The notes: a model not told the origin generated them from the letters alone. A stretch of 64,000 nt of DNA from an uncultured Verrucomicrobiae bacterium (GCA_963765205.1 CAVXVB010000005.1:160001-224000); one strand, 5' to 3'; counted from the first letter of the stretch, positions 18,976 to 29,896 are shown. Made by a program: numbers and translations.

Positions 18976-21725
18976 CGCACCACCAGATTAAGAATTTTTC
19001 CCGGGACGTAAATTTCTTTTACCAGGGTCTTGCCGGCCAGGTGCGGGGCGACGCGCTCGTGCGCCTTCGCCAGCGCGATGATCTCCGCCGCGCCCATCGC
19101 CACCGGCACGTCCACGTCCCCGCGCAGCTTGCCGTTGACTTGGATGACGATCTTCACCATGTCGCGCCTGAGCTTGGCCGGGTCGAATGACGGCCAGGGC
19201 TGCTCCGCGACGCTCGGCGCGCCGCCGAGTTTCTCCCAGAGTTCCTCGGCCAGATGCGGCGCCAGCGGCGCGAGCAGTTGCGCGAAAACGCGCGCCGTCG
19301 CCAGCGTGTAGCCCGGCTGCGCGGCGAGATGGTTCAGCAAAATCATCAATTGCGAAACGGCGGTGTTGAACCGCAGCGTCTCATAGTCGTGGGTGACTTT
19401 TTTGATGGACTCGTGTACGAGCCGCGCCGTGTCGGCGTCGTCCGCGCCATCGCGCGCGAGTTTGGCGGTGGGCGCGCCGTCCGCGCCGACGAATTCACGC
19501 CACACGCGCTTCAGGAAGCGCACCGAGCCTTCAACCCCCGCGCTGTTCCAGGGCTTCTCGGCCTCGACCGGCCCGAGGAACATCAGGTAAACGCGCAGCA
19601 CGTCCGCGCCATATTCGGCGATGAAGTCGTCGGGGTTGACGACGTTGCCGCGGCTCTTCGACATCTTCTGCCCGTCCTCGCCGAGCAACATGCCCTGGTG
19701 GAAAAGTTTGGGAAACGGCTCGGGCGCGCGCACCGCGCCGATGTCGTGCAAAAATTCGTTCCAGAAACGCGCGTAGAGCAGGTGCAGCACGGCGTGTTCC
19801 GCGCCGCCGATATACATGTCCGGCATCCCCCAGTAGGCCTCGCGCGCGGGGTCGAGCAGTTGCTTGTCATCGTCCGGGTCGAGGTAGCGCAGGTAATACC
19901 AGCACGAGCCGGCCCATTGCGGCATGGTGTTGGTCTCGCGCATCCCGGCGACCCATTCGTTGCCTGCCCTGAGCGAAGTCGAAGGGCCAATCTTTTCCCC
20001 CGAAACAATTTCCCCCGTGGCGAGATTGACGCGCACATGCAGCCACGCATCGGCCTTCGCCAGCGGGCTTTCGCCGGTGCCGCTGGGCTGGTAGTTGGCG
20101 ATTTCCGGCAGTTGCAGCGGCAGCGCCGATGACGGCAGCGGAATGGCAATCCAGCGCACGCCGTCCTTCTGGAAGGTGATCAAAGTCTCCGGCAGAAATT
20201 CGCGTAGCGGACTCTGCGGATACTTTTCAAGCTTCGCGTAATCCGCCGCGCGCACCCAGACAATCGGAAATGGCTCGCCCCAATATCGCTGCCGCGAAAA
20301 CAGCCAGTCGCGCAGTTTGAAATTCACGGTCTTTTTGCCGAGGCTTTTTGATTCCAGCCAAGCAGTGATTTTCTTTTTCCCCTCGGTTGCAGTTAAGCCT
20401 GTAATTGAAATATCCGGTCCTGTAGATCCAGTAATCAAGCCTTCGCCGGTGAATGCTTCAAACTTAGCGCAGGTCGCGGCATATCGACTTCCCAGCCCAT
20501 CTTTGAATCTTTCCGGCGGTTGGTTATCGTAATTTTCGGATGCATTTTGACCAGTACGAATTAAATACCGTTTAGCAGTATCAACGAGCCATTGGGCGGG
20601 CGGTGCAATAACGACATACATCGGAAGGTTGAACTGTTTAGCAAATTCGAAGTCGCGTTCATCATGTGCGGGGACGGCCATGATGGCGCCGGTGCCGTAG
20701 GTCATCAAAACATAGTCCGCGACCCAAATCGGAATCTCGCGGCCATTGACCGGGTTGATCGCATACGCGCCGGTGAAGACGCCGGTTTTGTCCTTCGCCA
20801 GTTCGGCGCGTTCGAGGTCGCTCTTCGCGCGCGCGCGCTCCTGATACGCGGCCACGGCCTCGCGCTGCGCGGGCGTGGTGATTTTCGCCAGCAGCGGGTG
20901 CTCGGGCGCGACGACCATGTAGGTCGCCCCGAACAGCGTGTCCGGGCGCGTGGTGAAGACGACGAGTTCCTCGCCGGGGAAATCGCGCAGGGCAAAGCGC
21001 ACCTCCGCGCCCTCGGAACGGCCAATCCAGTTGGTCTGGAGTTTTTTGGTGGACTCGGGCCAGTCGAGCTTTTCGAGGCCGGCCAGCAATTTGTCCGCGT
21101 AAGCCGTGATGCGCAGCACCCACTGGCGCAGGTTGCGCCGTTCGACCGGGTGGCTGCCGCGCTCGGAGCGCGGGCCTTCGGCGGTGTTGAGCACCTCCTC
21201 GTTGGCGAGCACCGTCCCCAGCGCCGGGCAATACCACACGGGCTTTTCATCCACATAGGCCAGGCCGTGCTTGAACAGTTGCAGGAAAATCCACTGCGTC
21301 CAGCGGAAGTAATGCGGGTCGGTGGTGTTGACCTCGCGCGCGCGGTCGTAAACAAAACCCAGCCGGCGAAGTTGCTCGCGGAAGCGTGCGATGTTCTTGC
21401 GCGTGGTCTCGGCCGGGTGCGTGCCGGTTTTGAGGGCGTATTGCTCGGTCGGCAGGCCGAAAGCGTCCCAGCCGGTCGGGTGGAGGACGTTGTGGCCCTG
21501 GGCGCGTTTGAAGCGCGCGAGAATGTCCGTCGGGAAATAGCAGACCGGATGGCCGATGTGCAGGCCCTCGCCGGACGGGTAGGGGAACATGTCGAGCACG
21601 TAGTATTTCGGGCGCGCGCGGCCCGCGGCGTCCTCGCGTGCGGCGAACGTGCTGTTCTGTTCCCAGAACGCCTGCCACCGCGCCTCCACGCGCGTGAAAT
21701 CATATTCGGAAGGGTGCTCAGCCAT
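18972..21725 (-). CDS. leuS: Leucine--tRNA ligase
   Basis: [50 protein letters not shown]. Confidence 0.98.
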   Translation of the reverse strand: MAEHPSEYDFTRVEARWQAFWEQNSTFAAREDAAGRARPKYYVLDMFPYPSGEGLHIGHPVCYFPTDILARFKRAQGHNVLHPTGWDAFGLPTEQYALKTGTHPAETTRKNIARFREQLRRLGFVYDRAREVNTTDPHYFRWTQWIFLQLFKHGLAYVDEKPVWYCPALGTVLANEEVLNTAEGPRSERGSHPVERRNLRQWVLRITAYADKLLAGLEKLDWPESTKKLQTNWIGRSEGAEVRFALRDFPGEELVVFTTRPDTLFGATYMVVAPEHPLLAKITTPAQREAVAAYQERARAKSDLERAELAKDKTGVFTGAYAINPVNGREIPIWVADYVLMTYGTGAIMAVPAHDERDFEFAKQFNLPMYVVIAPPAQWLVDTAKRYLIRTGQNASENYDNQPPERFKDGLGSRYAATCAKFEAFTGEGLITGSTGPDISITGLTATEGKKKITAWLESKSLGKKTVNFKLRDWLFSRQRYWGEPFPIVWVRAADYAKLEKYPQSPLREFLPETLITFQKDGVRWIAIPLPSSALPLQLPEIANYQPSGTGESPLAKADAWLHVRVNLATGEIVSGEKIGPSTSLRAGNEWVAGMRETNTMPQWAGSCWYYLRYLDPDDDKQLLDPAREAYWGMPDMYIGGAEHAVLHLLYARFWNEFLHDIGAVRAPEPFPKLFHQGMLLGEDGQKMSKSRGNVVNPDDFIAEYGADVLRVYLMFLGPVEAEKPWNSAGVEGSVRFLKRVWREFVGADGAPTAKLARDGADDADTARLVHESIKKVTHDYETLRFNTAVSQLMILLNHLAAQPGYTLATARVFAQLLAPLAPHLAEELWEKLGGAPSVAEQPWPSFDPAKLRRDMVKIVIQVNGKLRGDVDVPVAMGAAEIIALAKAHERVAPHLAGKTLVKEIYVPGKILNLVVR
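19962..19987. repeat. REP-like palindrome inserted in frame in leuS
   Basis: gcctgccctgagcgaagtcgaagggc, translated as PSTSLRAG on the leuS strand. Confidence 0.65.
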
Positions 21726-21819
21726 GAATGAAAAGGGAAGAGCTTGGCGGGTTCTGGCGGCGGGGTCAAACCAAGCTTGAAGAATGCATTATTGTGATTC
21801 ATGCTAAAATAACAGATTC

Positions 21820-22228
21820 ATGAATGCCTCATTGGAAAAGGCGGTGATTAATATGTTGCTGGAAAAATCCGAAGCAACATCTGCCGCCATTCGTGAGCAG
21901 CTATACTATGCTACAGTTACCAAACGTGAACTGACGGGCGTGGGATTTTCACCCACTTTGCCGTGGCAGTTGATGCGCCAGTCAAACGCGATCTTCCAAA
22001 CATGACGCTTGGTAATGTTGGTGCGGAATTGCCTGGCATTAACACGGTGCTGGATTCCTGCTTTTTATCCGTGATGGCGCGATCACTATGCTGGAGGGCT
22101 ATACTTACGATGAAAAATGGCCAGAGGCCGTGGACGGGTTCAAGTTATTCAGAATGGACGACAAAGGGCGCGGTTTTTTACATCTGCGAGACACAGACGT
22201 CGAAAGGGATGAGAGAGACCGTTTATAG
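21820..22228 (+). pseudogene. AT-rich hypothetical gene with two 1-nt frameshifts (pseudogene or sequencing error)
   Basis: Restoring one T (~21948) and one A (~22042) gives RELTGVGFFTHF...GIKHGAGFLLFIRDGAITMLEGYTYDEKWP. Confidence 0.6.
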
Positions 22229-22339
22229 GCGTGGATCGGCCTCGTAGCACCGGACCTGTTCGGGCGGGATAAGCTTTTGCCGCGCCATTTGGGTATCCAT
22301 GGCGTTGGTCAGCAAAACTTTGGCGCGAACTTCAACCAT
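22223..22339 (-). pseudogene. N-terminal fragment of a clan AA aspartic protease (AF_0612-like)
   Basis: MVEVRAKVLLTNAMD...LIPPEQVRCYEAD stops just before the expected LVDTG motif. Confidence 0.5.
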
Positions 22340-22474
22340 GGTTTTGATGTAACCCCTTGATACTGTATAATCAAGCCGTAACGAGATTTCGCCCTCCAAT
22401 CTTGACACCCCGGCTCGGCTAGGGTGTTATGTCCCCTTTTCGCGGGGGCGAATCCCCGGGTAAAGACTCCTTTT

Positions 22475-22609
22475 ATGGAACCAACCTATCGTCCGTCTAA
22501 ACTGGCCCGTGCGCGGCGCTGCGGTTTCCGCGCGCGCAACAAGACCCGCGGGGGCCGCAAAGTCCTCGCCAATCGCCGCCGCCATGGCCGCAAGCGCCTG
22601 GCCGACTAG
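22475..22609 (+). CDS. rpmH: 50S ribosomal protein L34
   Basis: [42 protein letters not shown]. Confidence 0.97.
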   Translation: MEPTYRPSKLARARRCGFRARNKTRGGRKVLANRRRHGRKRLAD

Positions 22610-22612
22610 CGC

Positions 22613-23041
22613 GTGCCGCCCGCCGCCCCCGTCCCTGCCATGTCACCCGCGCCCGCAACCGCCCCCGGCGACGCCGGACCGAGTCCGCGCGCGCGCGAAC
22701 GCCTTTCCGCGGCCCAGCGCCTGCGCCGCCCGGCGGATTTCGACGAAGTGCGCCGCCTGGGCCGCCGGGCCGAGGCCGGGCCGTTCACGCTGCGGGTGCG
22801 CCTGCGGTCGGAAGGGCCGCGGCGCCTGGGCGTCGTCGCTTCGCGCAAAGCCGGGCCGGCGGTGCGCCGCAACCGCGCCAAGCGCGTGCTGCGGGAATTG
22901 TTCCGCCGCAATCCGGAGGCGCTGCCGCCGTCCTGCGACGTGGTCATCGTCGTGCGCGCGAACTTTCCCGACTTTTCCTTCGCCGAAATCCGCGAACGCT
23001 ACCTGAACGCGGTGAAACAAACTTCGCGCAACGCGAAGTGA
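22613..23041 (+). CDS. rnpA: Ribonuclease P protein component
   Basis: RLRRPADF, RLGVVASRKAGPAVRRNRAKRVLRE; start may be 22640. Confidence 0.95.
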   Translation: MPPAAPVPAMSPAPATAPGDAGPSPRARERLSAAQRLRRPADFDEVRRLGRRAEAGPFTLRVRLRSEGPRRLGVVASRKAGPAVRRNRAKRVLRELFRRNPEALPPSCDVVIVVRANFPDFSFAEIRERYLNAVKQTSRNAK

Positions 23042-23045
23042 AAAC

Positions 23046-23215
23046 GATTTAGGATTTATGATTTAAGAATTATGAAGGGCTAGCCCCAGCCCTGTTTGCC
23101 ATGCCAATGCGCCCCAATTTTTTCAGAATTTTTGCTCAAATCATAAATGGCTCCGATTATCGTCCGGCATCGCTCGTTTCATAGTTCTTAAATCTTAAAT
23201 CATAAATCTTAAATC
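23046..23215. repeat. Inverted 7-mer array (GATTTAA/TTAAATC type) inside the rpmH operon
   Basis: gatttag-gatttat-gatttaa-gaattat facing ttcttaaatcttaaatcataaatcttaaatc. Confidence 0.85.
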
Positions 23216-23219
23216 CCCC

Positions 23220-23522
23220 ATGCCCCCCTCCCCCCAGCGTCCCTCCCTGCCCGCCTGCGTGGCCGCCGTCCTGGTACGCGGCTATCAGGTGGCGCTGTCG
23301 CCGCTGCAAAGGCTGCTCGGGCCGAACGTGGGCTGCCGGTTTGCGCCGGGATGTTCGGAATACGCGCGGCAGGCCCTCCTCACGCATGGGCTGGTGCGCG
23401 GTGGCTGGCTCGCGGCGCGACGGCTCTCGCGGTGCCATCCGTTTCACGCCGGCGGTTTCGACCCCGTGCCGCCGGGCCGCTTCGTGCCGGGGCGCATGTG
23501 GCGGCCGCGCACCGAAGGTTGA
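23220..23522 (+). CDS. yidD: Membrane protein insertion efficiency factor
   Basis: YQVALSP...[11 protein letters not shown]...[14 protein letters not shown]. Confidence 0.95.
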   Translation: MPPSPQRPSLPACVAAVLVRGYQVALSPLQRLLGPNVGCRFAPGCSEYARQALLTHGLVRGGWLAARRLSRCHPFHAGGFDPVPPGRFVPGRMWRPRTEG

Positions 23523-23563
23523 GCGCGCCTCGCTATCTAATTTCTTTTTACCGAGTTCGGCTC

Positions 23564-25483
23564 ATGGACAAAAAATACACTTTTTTCGGCGCGCTGTGCA
23601 TCATCGCCGCGATGATCCTTGGCTTCCAATCCATGCGCAACGACCAGGCGCTGGCGCAATACAAGGCCGCGCATCCGGAATTATTCAACCCGGCCCCCAC
23701 TCCGGCGGCGGACACGGGTGGAAGCGCGCCCGCCACCGGAATCTCTCCGAACGGCGGCCCGGCTGCGCCATCCCCGCAGATGGCCAATGGCACGGTGATG
23801 CCCGCACCGGCGGCCACGCCCGAACCGTCCACGCCCGCCGCCACCGTGCTGCTGCGTAACGATGATATAGATGTAACGCTGACCGAAGACGGCGGCGCGA
23901 TTAAAACCGTGGCACTCAAAAAGTCCCCCGCGAAAATTGACGGCGCGGATCCCGTCATGTTCAACGCCGGTGCGCCGCTGCCCGCGCTGGCACTGACGGT
24001 GCCGGTGCTGGTGAGCCCGAATGAGCCGCCGGGCACTTATTGGTCTTGGACGAACGGCAAGTCGGCGGTGAACGTCGCGGGCAACCCTGGCGTTCCGCCC
24101 AAGCCATTGCTAGTCCGTTACACCCTCGACCAGGCCACGACCACAGCGACGAGCGTCACTTTCCGCGGCATGACGGCCGACGGCCTCGAAATCACGCGCA
24201 CCTACACACTGGGTTCCGGCAACGAGGAACCCTACCTCATCCACCACATTACCACGATCGTCAACCATGGCGCCAATCCCGTGTCGCTCGCGCGGGTGTT
24301 CATTAACGCCGGCACGGCGCCCGTGCCAACGCCGGGCGCGAGTTCGCTGGCCCAGAATTATCTGGACTTTGGTTACTACGACGGCCAGTCGGCCAATTTT
24401 AACATCAACGTGGCGCAGTTTATGCCCACGCCGGCCAGGCTCTTCGGCCTTTTTGCCGCGCAACCGAAACAGAAAAGCGACGTTTACGGGGTGCAGCCCG
24501 CCGCCGACCTGCATTGGGTATCGGTTAAAGACCAGTTTTTCGCGACCGTGCTCATGCCCAAGGGCATCCTGGGGCAGGGGTTTTATGTGCGAGGCGTGGA
24601 CACCAAAGTCGGCGACACCACCCAGACGACCATCAGCGGCGACCTCGAATTGGACCTGGGCACGCTGGCGCCGGGCGACACGAAGAAACTGGAGCTCAGT
24701 TATTACGTCGGGCCGAAGCAATACCCACGGCTCGACCGCTTGGGCGACCACCAGGACTTGATCATGCAGTTCGGCTGGTTCAGCACCTTCAGCGAAATCC
24801 TGCTGGTGATTCTGACCGCGATCCATGCGGCCATCGCGCCGCTGATCGGCACCTGGGCGTGGGGTTGGACGATTATTGCCTTCACCCTCATTCTCAAGCT
24901 GGCGACCTGGCCGCTGACGGCCATCCAGGTGCGCTCGGCCAAGCGCATGGGGCAACTATCCGGGCCGATGAAGGCGCTGCGGGAAAAATACAAGGACAAC
25001 CCGCAGAAGATGCAGACCGAGGTGCTCGAACTTTACAAAAAATACAAGGTTAACCCCGCGGCCGGCTGCCTGCCGATGCTCATTACGTTCCCGGTTTTCA
25101 TCGCGTTCCAATACGTGCTGCGTACGTCCTCGGAGATGCGCTTCCAGCCCTTCCTCTGGATTCACGACCTCTCGATGCCCGACACCATCGCGCATTTTGC
25201 CGGCTTTTCACTCAACGTGCTCCCGCTGCTGATGACGGCCAGCATGATGCTCCAAATGCGCCTGACCCCGGCGCCCTCGGCGGACAACACCCAGAAGATG
25301 ATGATGCAGTTCATGCCGCTCATCTTTTTGGCCGGCTTTTACCGCATGCCCTCGGGCATGATTCTGTATTGGACATGCAACAATCTCTTGACCATTCTGC
25401 AGCAATACCTCACCAACCGCCGCAAAGATGTCCTGGTCGAGCCGGCCAAGGCTCCCGACCTCCCCAAAGCCAAGTGGCGGTGA
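23564..25483 (+). CDS. yidC: Membrane protein insertase YidC
   Basis: YVGPK, WGWTII, VNPAAGCLPMLI, WIHDLSMPD, LYWTCNN. Confidence 0.96.
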   Translation: MDKKYTFFGALCIIAAMILGFQSMRNDQALAQYKAAHPELFNPAPTPAADTGGSAPATGISPNGGPAAPSPQMANGTVMPAPAATPEPSTPAATVLLRNDDIDVTLTEDGGAIKTVALKKSPAKIDGADPVMFNAGAPLPALALTVPVLVSPNEPPGTYWSWTNGKSAVNVAGNPGVPPKPLLVRYTLDQATTTATSVTFRGMTADGLEITRTYTLGSGNEEPYLIHHITTIVNHGANPVSLARVFINAGTAPVPTPGASSLAQNYLDFGYYDGQSANFNINVAQFMPTPARLFGLFAAQPKQKSDVYGVQPAADLHWVSVKDQFFATVLMPKGILGQGFYVRGVDTKVGDTTQTTISGDLELDLGTLAPGDTKKLELSYYVGPKQYPRLDRLGDHQDLIMQFGWFSTFSEILLVILTAIHAAIAPLIGTWAWGWTIIAFTLILKLATWPLTAIQVRSAKRMGQLSGPMKALREKYKDNPQKMQTEVLELYKKYKVNPAAGCLPMLITFPVFIAFQYVLRTSSEMRFQPFLWIHDLSMPDTIAHFAGFSLNVLPLLMTASMMLQMRLTPAPSADNTQKMMMQFMPLIFLAGFYRMPSGMILYWTCNNLLTILQQYLTNRRKDVLVEPAKAPDLPKAKWR

Positions 25484-25495
25484 ACCCTTTCCTCC

Positions 25496-26236
25496 ATGTC
25501 TGGACACAGCAAATGGGCCACGACCAAGCGCCACAAGGCGGTCATTGACTCGAAGCGCGGAAAAATTTTCAGCGCCCTGAGCAAGGACATCACGCTCGCC
25601 GCCAAGGCCTCCGGCGGCGACCCCGTATCGAACTCACGCCTGCGCACCCTCATCCAAAAGGCCAAGGCGGCGAACATGCCCAACGACAACGTCGAACGCG
25701 CCATCAAGAAGGGCACCGGCGAAATCCCCGGCGTCATTTACGAGGAAGTCACCTACGAGGGCTTTGCCCACGGCGGCGTCGGCTTCATCGTGCAAGGCAC
25801 CACGGACAACAAGCAACGCGCGGTGGCCGAAGTGCGCGCCGTCCTGACCAAGTCCGGCGGCAACCTCGCCACCGCCGGCGCGCTCGCCTTCACCTTCCTG
25901 CATCGCGGCCAGTTCCTCATCTCCGCGGAAAAGACCACCGAGGACAAGCTCATGGAGGTTGTGCTCGACGCCGGCGCGGAAGACATCAAGGCCCACGGCG
26001 ACCATTTCGAGGTGCTTTGCCCCATCGCCGCCTACGACGCCGTCTCCGACGCGCTGGCCAAGGCCGGCATCCACCCGGACGAATCCGAACTCGCCTACAT
26101 CCCGCAAACGACCATGCCGGTCACGGACGCCGAAACCGCGAAAAAAGTCCTGCACCTCATCGAACAACTCGAAGCGCTGGACGACGTGAAGAGCGTTTTC
26201 ACAAATGCGGAGATTGATGAGCACGTTGCCGAATAA
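25496..26236 (+). CDS. yebC: YebC/PmpR family protein
   Basis: MSGHSKWATTKRHK, NMPNDNVERAI, YEG, TDNKQR, LDDVKSVFTN. Confidence 0.96.
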   Translation: MSGHSKWATTKRHKAVIDSKRGKIFSALSKDITLAAKASGGDPVSNSRLRTLIQKAKAANMPNDNVERAIKKGTGEIPGVIYEEVTYEGFAHGGVGFIVQGTTDNKQRAVAEVRAVLTKSGGNLATAGALAFTFLHRGQFLISAEKTTEDKLMEVVLDAGAEDIKAHGDHFEVLCPIAAYDAVSDALAKAGIHPDESELAYIPQTTMPVTDAETAKKVLHLIEQLEALDDVKSVFTNAEIDEHVAE

Positions 26237-26237
26237 T

Positions 26238-26376
26238 AGTTTCGAGTTTCGGTTTTCGAGTTGTGGGAATTTTTGTTTTTCCGTTTTGCCCGTGAAGGGG
26301 GTCTGGATGGACTGGCTCAATCAGGGGAAGTGTTTCGAGGGCCAACCCGAAACTCGAAACTCGAAACCCGAAACTA
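26238..26376. repeat. Inverted 7-mer array (GTTTCGA/TCGAAAC)
   Basis: agtttcgagtttcggttttcgagtt facing aacccgaaactcgaaactcgaaacccgaaact between convergent genes. Confidence 0.85.
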
Positions 26377-26389
26377 ACTCTCGCTCCCG

Positions 26390-27670
26390 TCACCCCAAAA
26401 ACGGCAGTTCCTCGAATTTGCCGTGGAGGACGGCGGCGGGGTCGGTGTCGAGCCAGCGGTGGAGCACCGTCGCATACACTTGCCGGAAATCGATTTTGTA
26501 AACGAGGTCGTTCTTGTCGGGGATGTTCAAATCGGGCACCTCGCCAATGGGGCCGCCTTGCTTTAGCGCCCCGCTCATCACGAACAGCGGCGCGGCGGTG
26601 CCGTGGTCGGTGCCCTGCGCGTCGTTTTCGTGCGGGCGCCGGCCAAATTCGGAGAAGGTCATCGTTAGCACTTGCTTGTCCAAGCCGTGCGCTTCGAGGT
26701 CCTTTTGAAACGCGGCCAGGGAATTAGACAGGTCGCCAAGAAGGTTTTGGTGGGGGTTGAACTGGTTGGCGTGCGTGTCGTAGCCGCCCTGCTGGCAAAA
26801 ATACACACGCGTCTCCAGCCCGGAGGCGATGAGGGCCGACACTTTTTGCAGCGATTGCGCGAGCATGCTGCCGGGATATTGCGCCAGCGGCTTGTAGTCG
26901 TTCAAAACCTGCGCCACGCGCTTTTCCGTGACGAGCGCGTCCATCAGCGTGTGGCTGAGAAAGAGGCCGGTGTCGCCGGCGGGCGCGATGGTGGCGAATT
27001 CATCGAGCAGGGGCTTGTAAGGCGCGCCGTCCACGCGGCGGCGCACGCGTTGGTTGGCGCGGAAGTTGCCGTTGATGCTGAATAAATTCTGCGGGGTCTG
27101 TGAAAAAAATGTCTGCGGCAGGGTGACGGTCGAGTGGACGGCGTTCGGGTCGGAATCCTGGCTGTCCGTGGGCGCGCCGCTGCAGCAGTTGTCCAGATAG
27201 CGGCCCATCCAGCCGTCGGGGAGGAACGTGTCCGCGTCGCTGGCGGTTTCCCAGATCTCGCTCGAACGGAAATGGCTGTGGTTCGGATTCGGGTAGCCGA
27301 CGTTTTGGATCACGGCGAATTTGCCCTCTTTAGCCAGCTCGGCAATAGCTCCGCAGGGCGGCGCGAGCGCGACGTGGTCGTCGAGCTTGTGCATCGTCGA
27401 GACATCCTTGAGGCCGAGGCGCGGGCGCAGGGCGTAATACCGGTCGTCGGCGTAGGGGACGACGGTATTGAGTCCGTCATTGCCGCCGGCCAGCTGCACG
27501 AGCACGAGGATGCGCTGGTCTTTTTCCGGCGCGGGCACGTTGGCTGCGGCGGCCTGGGTCAGAAAGCGCGGGGCGTAGGAACTGAAGGCCAGCAGCCCGA
27601 GGCCTGAGCCGGTCAGGCGCAAAAATTCGCGGCGGGTCGTGGGCAGGCGGGAATGGGAAAGGTTGTTCAT
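26390..27670 (-). CDS. DUF1501 family protein (Tat signal)
   Basis: TRREFL, QLAGGNDGLN, SHFRS, GGYDTH, FSEFGRR, GTDHG, DFRQVY. Confidence 0.92.
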   Translation of the reverse strand: MNNLSHSRLPTTRREFLRLTGSGLGLLAFSSYAPRFLTQAAAANVPAPEKDQRILVLVQLAGGNDGLNTVVPYADDRYYALRPRLGLKDVSTMHKLDDHVALAPPCGAIAELAKEGKFAVIQNVGYPNPNHSHFRSSEIWETASDADTFLPDGWMGRYLDNCCSGAPTDSQDSDPNAVHSTVTLPQTFFSQTPQNLFSINGNFRANQRVRRRVDGAPYKPLLDEFATIAPAGDTGLFLSHTLMDALVTEKRVAQVLNDYKPLAQYPGSMLAQSLQKVSALIASGLETRVYFCQQGGYDTHANQFNPHQNLLGDLSNSLAAFQKDLEAHGLDKQVLTMTFSEFGRRPHENDAQGTDHGTAAPLFVMSGALKQGGPIGEVPDLNIPDKNDLVYKIDFRQVYATVLHRWLDTDPAAVLHGKFEELPFLG

Positions 27671-27685
27671 GGCGTCCTCCGCGGG

Positions 27686-29266
27686 TTAGCAGACGTGGTA
27701 TTCCGGCGCCTGAAACAGGGCGACGGCGACATCGCTCACCAGCTGCACGCGCGCCCCTTGGTCGTTCTGCATGTAGTCCAAAATATCGCTGCGGTAAGTG
27801 TCGGTGGTTTCGCCCGCGAGAAAATAGTTTAACAATTCGTCGGCAATCTCCTCGTTGGATTTGGCGGCGAGCATTTGCAGGCGGTCGTTGCCCATCGTGA
27901 TGACACCGCGGCCGGCCTGGCGCTCGGCAGCCAGCTTCATCTTCAGATCGGCGGTCAAGTTGTTTTCGACGCCGGGATTGAAAAGCTGCTGCACGAGTTG
28001 CCGCCGCGCCGCCAGGGTCGAGGAATTAATCCAGTTTTTGCCGCCGAGCCAGCCGCGCACGTTCGGCGGGTTGAACGGCTCCTGCCCCATCGAGCGTAGC
28101 GTGTTGTAAATCTGGCCCTCAAACGGCGACACATCCAGGTTCAAGTCCTGGCACAGGCCGAGGTAGTATTGGATGGGGCTTTTGACCAGCGCGCCGCGAA
28201 AGGCCGGATGGTAGAAAAGATTCGAGGAAAAAACCAGGCGCGCCAGCAAATCCACGCGCAGTCCCGCTTGATCCCATTGGCGCCCGAGTTCTTCCAGATA
28301 CGGCGCGGGAACGGGGTCCGGGGTCAGATAATAGGCGAGGAAGCGGCGCGGTAGGTGGGTGCGGGACGTGGGCTGCGCGAAAATCAAATCAATCACGTCT
28401 TCCGCGCCCCAGCGGCCGGCCTGGCCAAAAATGGTCTTGGTGCCCGGGTCCCAGCGCTGGGTGGCCACCACGCCCGCTTCATTGCGGATCACGATGCCGG
28501 TGAGGGCGCGCGCCGCCTCCTTGATGTCGCCTTCCGAATAGTGCCCCTCGCCGAGGGTGAACAGCTCCATCACTTCGCGCGCGTAATTTTCATTCGGCCC
28601 GTTGCGCTCGCTCGTGTTCAGATCCAGATACTGGATCATCGCCGGCGAGAAGGTTACCAACTTCATCATATACGGATACGATTGTTGCCAGGCGTTGCGC
28701 AACAGGTCGGTGTGCGCGTAGAGCCGCGTCGGGTCCTTCACCTTGCTTTGCCCGACCACCAGCACGTTGCTCAAAAACATGACCAGGTTTTCTTGCGCGG
28801 AATTTTCCGGCTTGGCCGCGAAAGCCAGCCAGCTTTGCACGTAGTCGAGAAACGACTGGCGTTCGAGTTGGTTGATTTCCTGGTTGAGCTGCTGGCGCGC
28901 TTGCGCGGCGGCGGTCGGGGGAGTGGCCGCGGAAGCCGTGCCCGCGGCGGGCGCCCGGTTCGCGCCTCCGGCCCGGCCTCCGCGGGTAACCGCGGGCGCG
29001 GGAGGCGGGGCGTCCATGGCCGTCAAATCCATGCGCTTTTGCATGTAATCGCCCAGGCTCGCGGGCATGCTATAGGGGCGAATATTCCCAAACGCCAGTT
29101 CGAGGGTGCCCGGCAAGCCGAGCTTGAACGCCTGTTGCACCCGGTCCGGCGTCGCGGAGAACCCGATGCGGTGCAGCAGGTGCCGCGCATTGTCCAGGCT
29201 CCAGTCCGCCGCTTTCAGCGGTGCCCAGGCTTGCGACGGGCTAAACGTTGCCGGGTTCAGGGACAT
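27686..29266 (-). CDS. DUF1800 family protein
   Basis: ARHLLHRIGF, PNENYAREVMELFTLG, KSP, PPNVRGW; canonical pairing with DUF1501. Confidence 0.92.
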   Translation of the reverse strand: MSLNPATFSPSQAWAPLKAADWSLDNARHLLHRIGFSATPDRVQQAFKLGLPGTLELAFGNIRPYSMPASLGDYMQKRMDLTAMDAPPPAPAVTRGGRAGGANRAPAAGTASAATPPTAAAQARQQLNQEINQLERQSFLDYVQSWLAFAAKPENSAQENLVMFLSNVLVVGQSKVKDPTRLYAHTDLLRNAWQQSYPYMMKLVTFSPAMIQYLDLNTSERNGPNENYAREVMELFTLGEGHYSEGDIKEAARALTGIVIRNEAGVVATQRWDPGTKTIFGQAGRWGAEDVIDLIFAQPTSRTHLPRRFLAYYLTPDPVPAPYLEELGRQWDQAGLRVDLLARLVFSSNLFYHPAFRGALVKSPIQYYLGLCQDLNLDVSPFEGQIYNTLRSMGQEPFNPPNVRGWLGGKNWINSSTLAARRQLVQQLFNPGVENNLTADLKMKLAAERQAGRGVITMGNDRLQMLAAKSNEEIADELLNYFLAGETTDTYRSDILDYMQNDQGARVQLVSDVAVALFQAPEYHVC

Positions 29267-29418
29267 GGGGGGCCTTTTCCTTTACGACTCTATAAACAAA
29301 AACCACGGGGATAGGTTTCGGCCTAACTGCTAAAAATATATGAATAATCCGCCAAAACGCAAAGCCAATCAGCGTTAAAAATGAGTCAAACTACCCAGGA
29401 GATCCGGCGTGGCGGAAA

Positions 29419-29889
29419 TTATTTTTGCCGGTTGCGCCAATAGTCGCGGAACGCCTCCAGCCGCGGCAGGCTTTCGCGGTCTTTCGCGCGGTTGGCGGCG
29501 CGCTTGCTTTTGATGATGTCATCCGGATGGCAGACATGAAACCCATCCACCTCCACACGCCGCGCCCACGCTTCGGCAAAGGTTTCCAAGCCGTCGGGCG
29601 CAAACACCAGATCAAGGTCAAACGGGCCGGTCTTCAACTGCACGAAATCTTTGCCGCGGGCAATTTCCGCCGCCTGGGTGTCGCTCAATGAAAATCCCAG
29701 TTCGCGCAACGCCGCCACCAGGGCCGCGCCGTTCTGCGCGGACTTTTGCACAAACAAATCGGCGTCCTGGGTGGTATCGGGATAGCCGAGGAGAATGGCG
29801 CCGGATTTGCCGATGAACAAATACTGGATGCCGTGCCGTGCAAACGCGTCGCGGATTTCCTGCGCCTGCCGGTATTCAAAAGTCGCCAT
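29419..29889 (-). CDS. Nucleotidyltransferase-fold protein (putative toxin)
   Basis: YLFIGKSGAILLGYPDTTQDADLF, DLVF, IIKSKRAANRAKD. Confidence 0.75.
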   Translation of the reverse strand: MATFEYRQAQEIRDAFARHGIQYLFIGKSGAILLGYPDTTQDADLFVQKSAQNGAALVAALRELGFSLSDTQAAEIARGKDFVQLKTGPFDLDLVFAPDGLETFAEAWARRVEVDGFHVCHPDDIIKSKRAANRAKDRESLPRLEAFRDYWRNRQK

Positions 29890-29896
29890 GCGGGTA

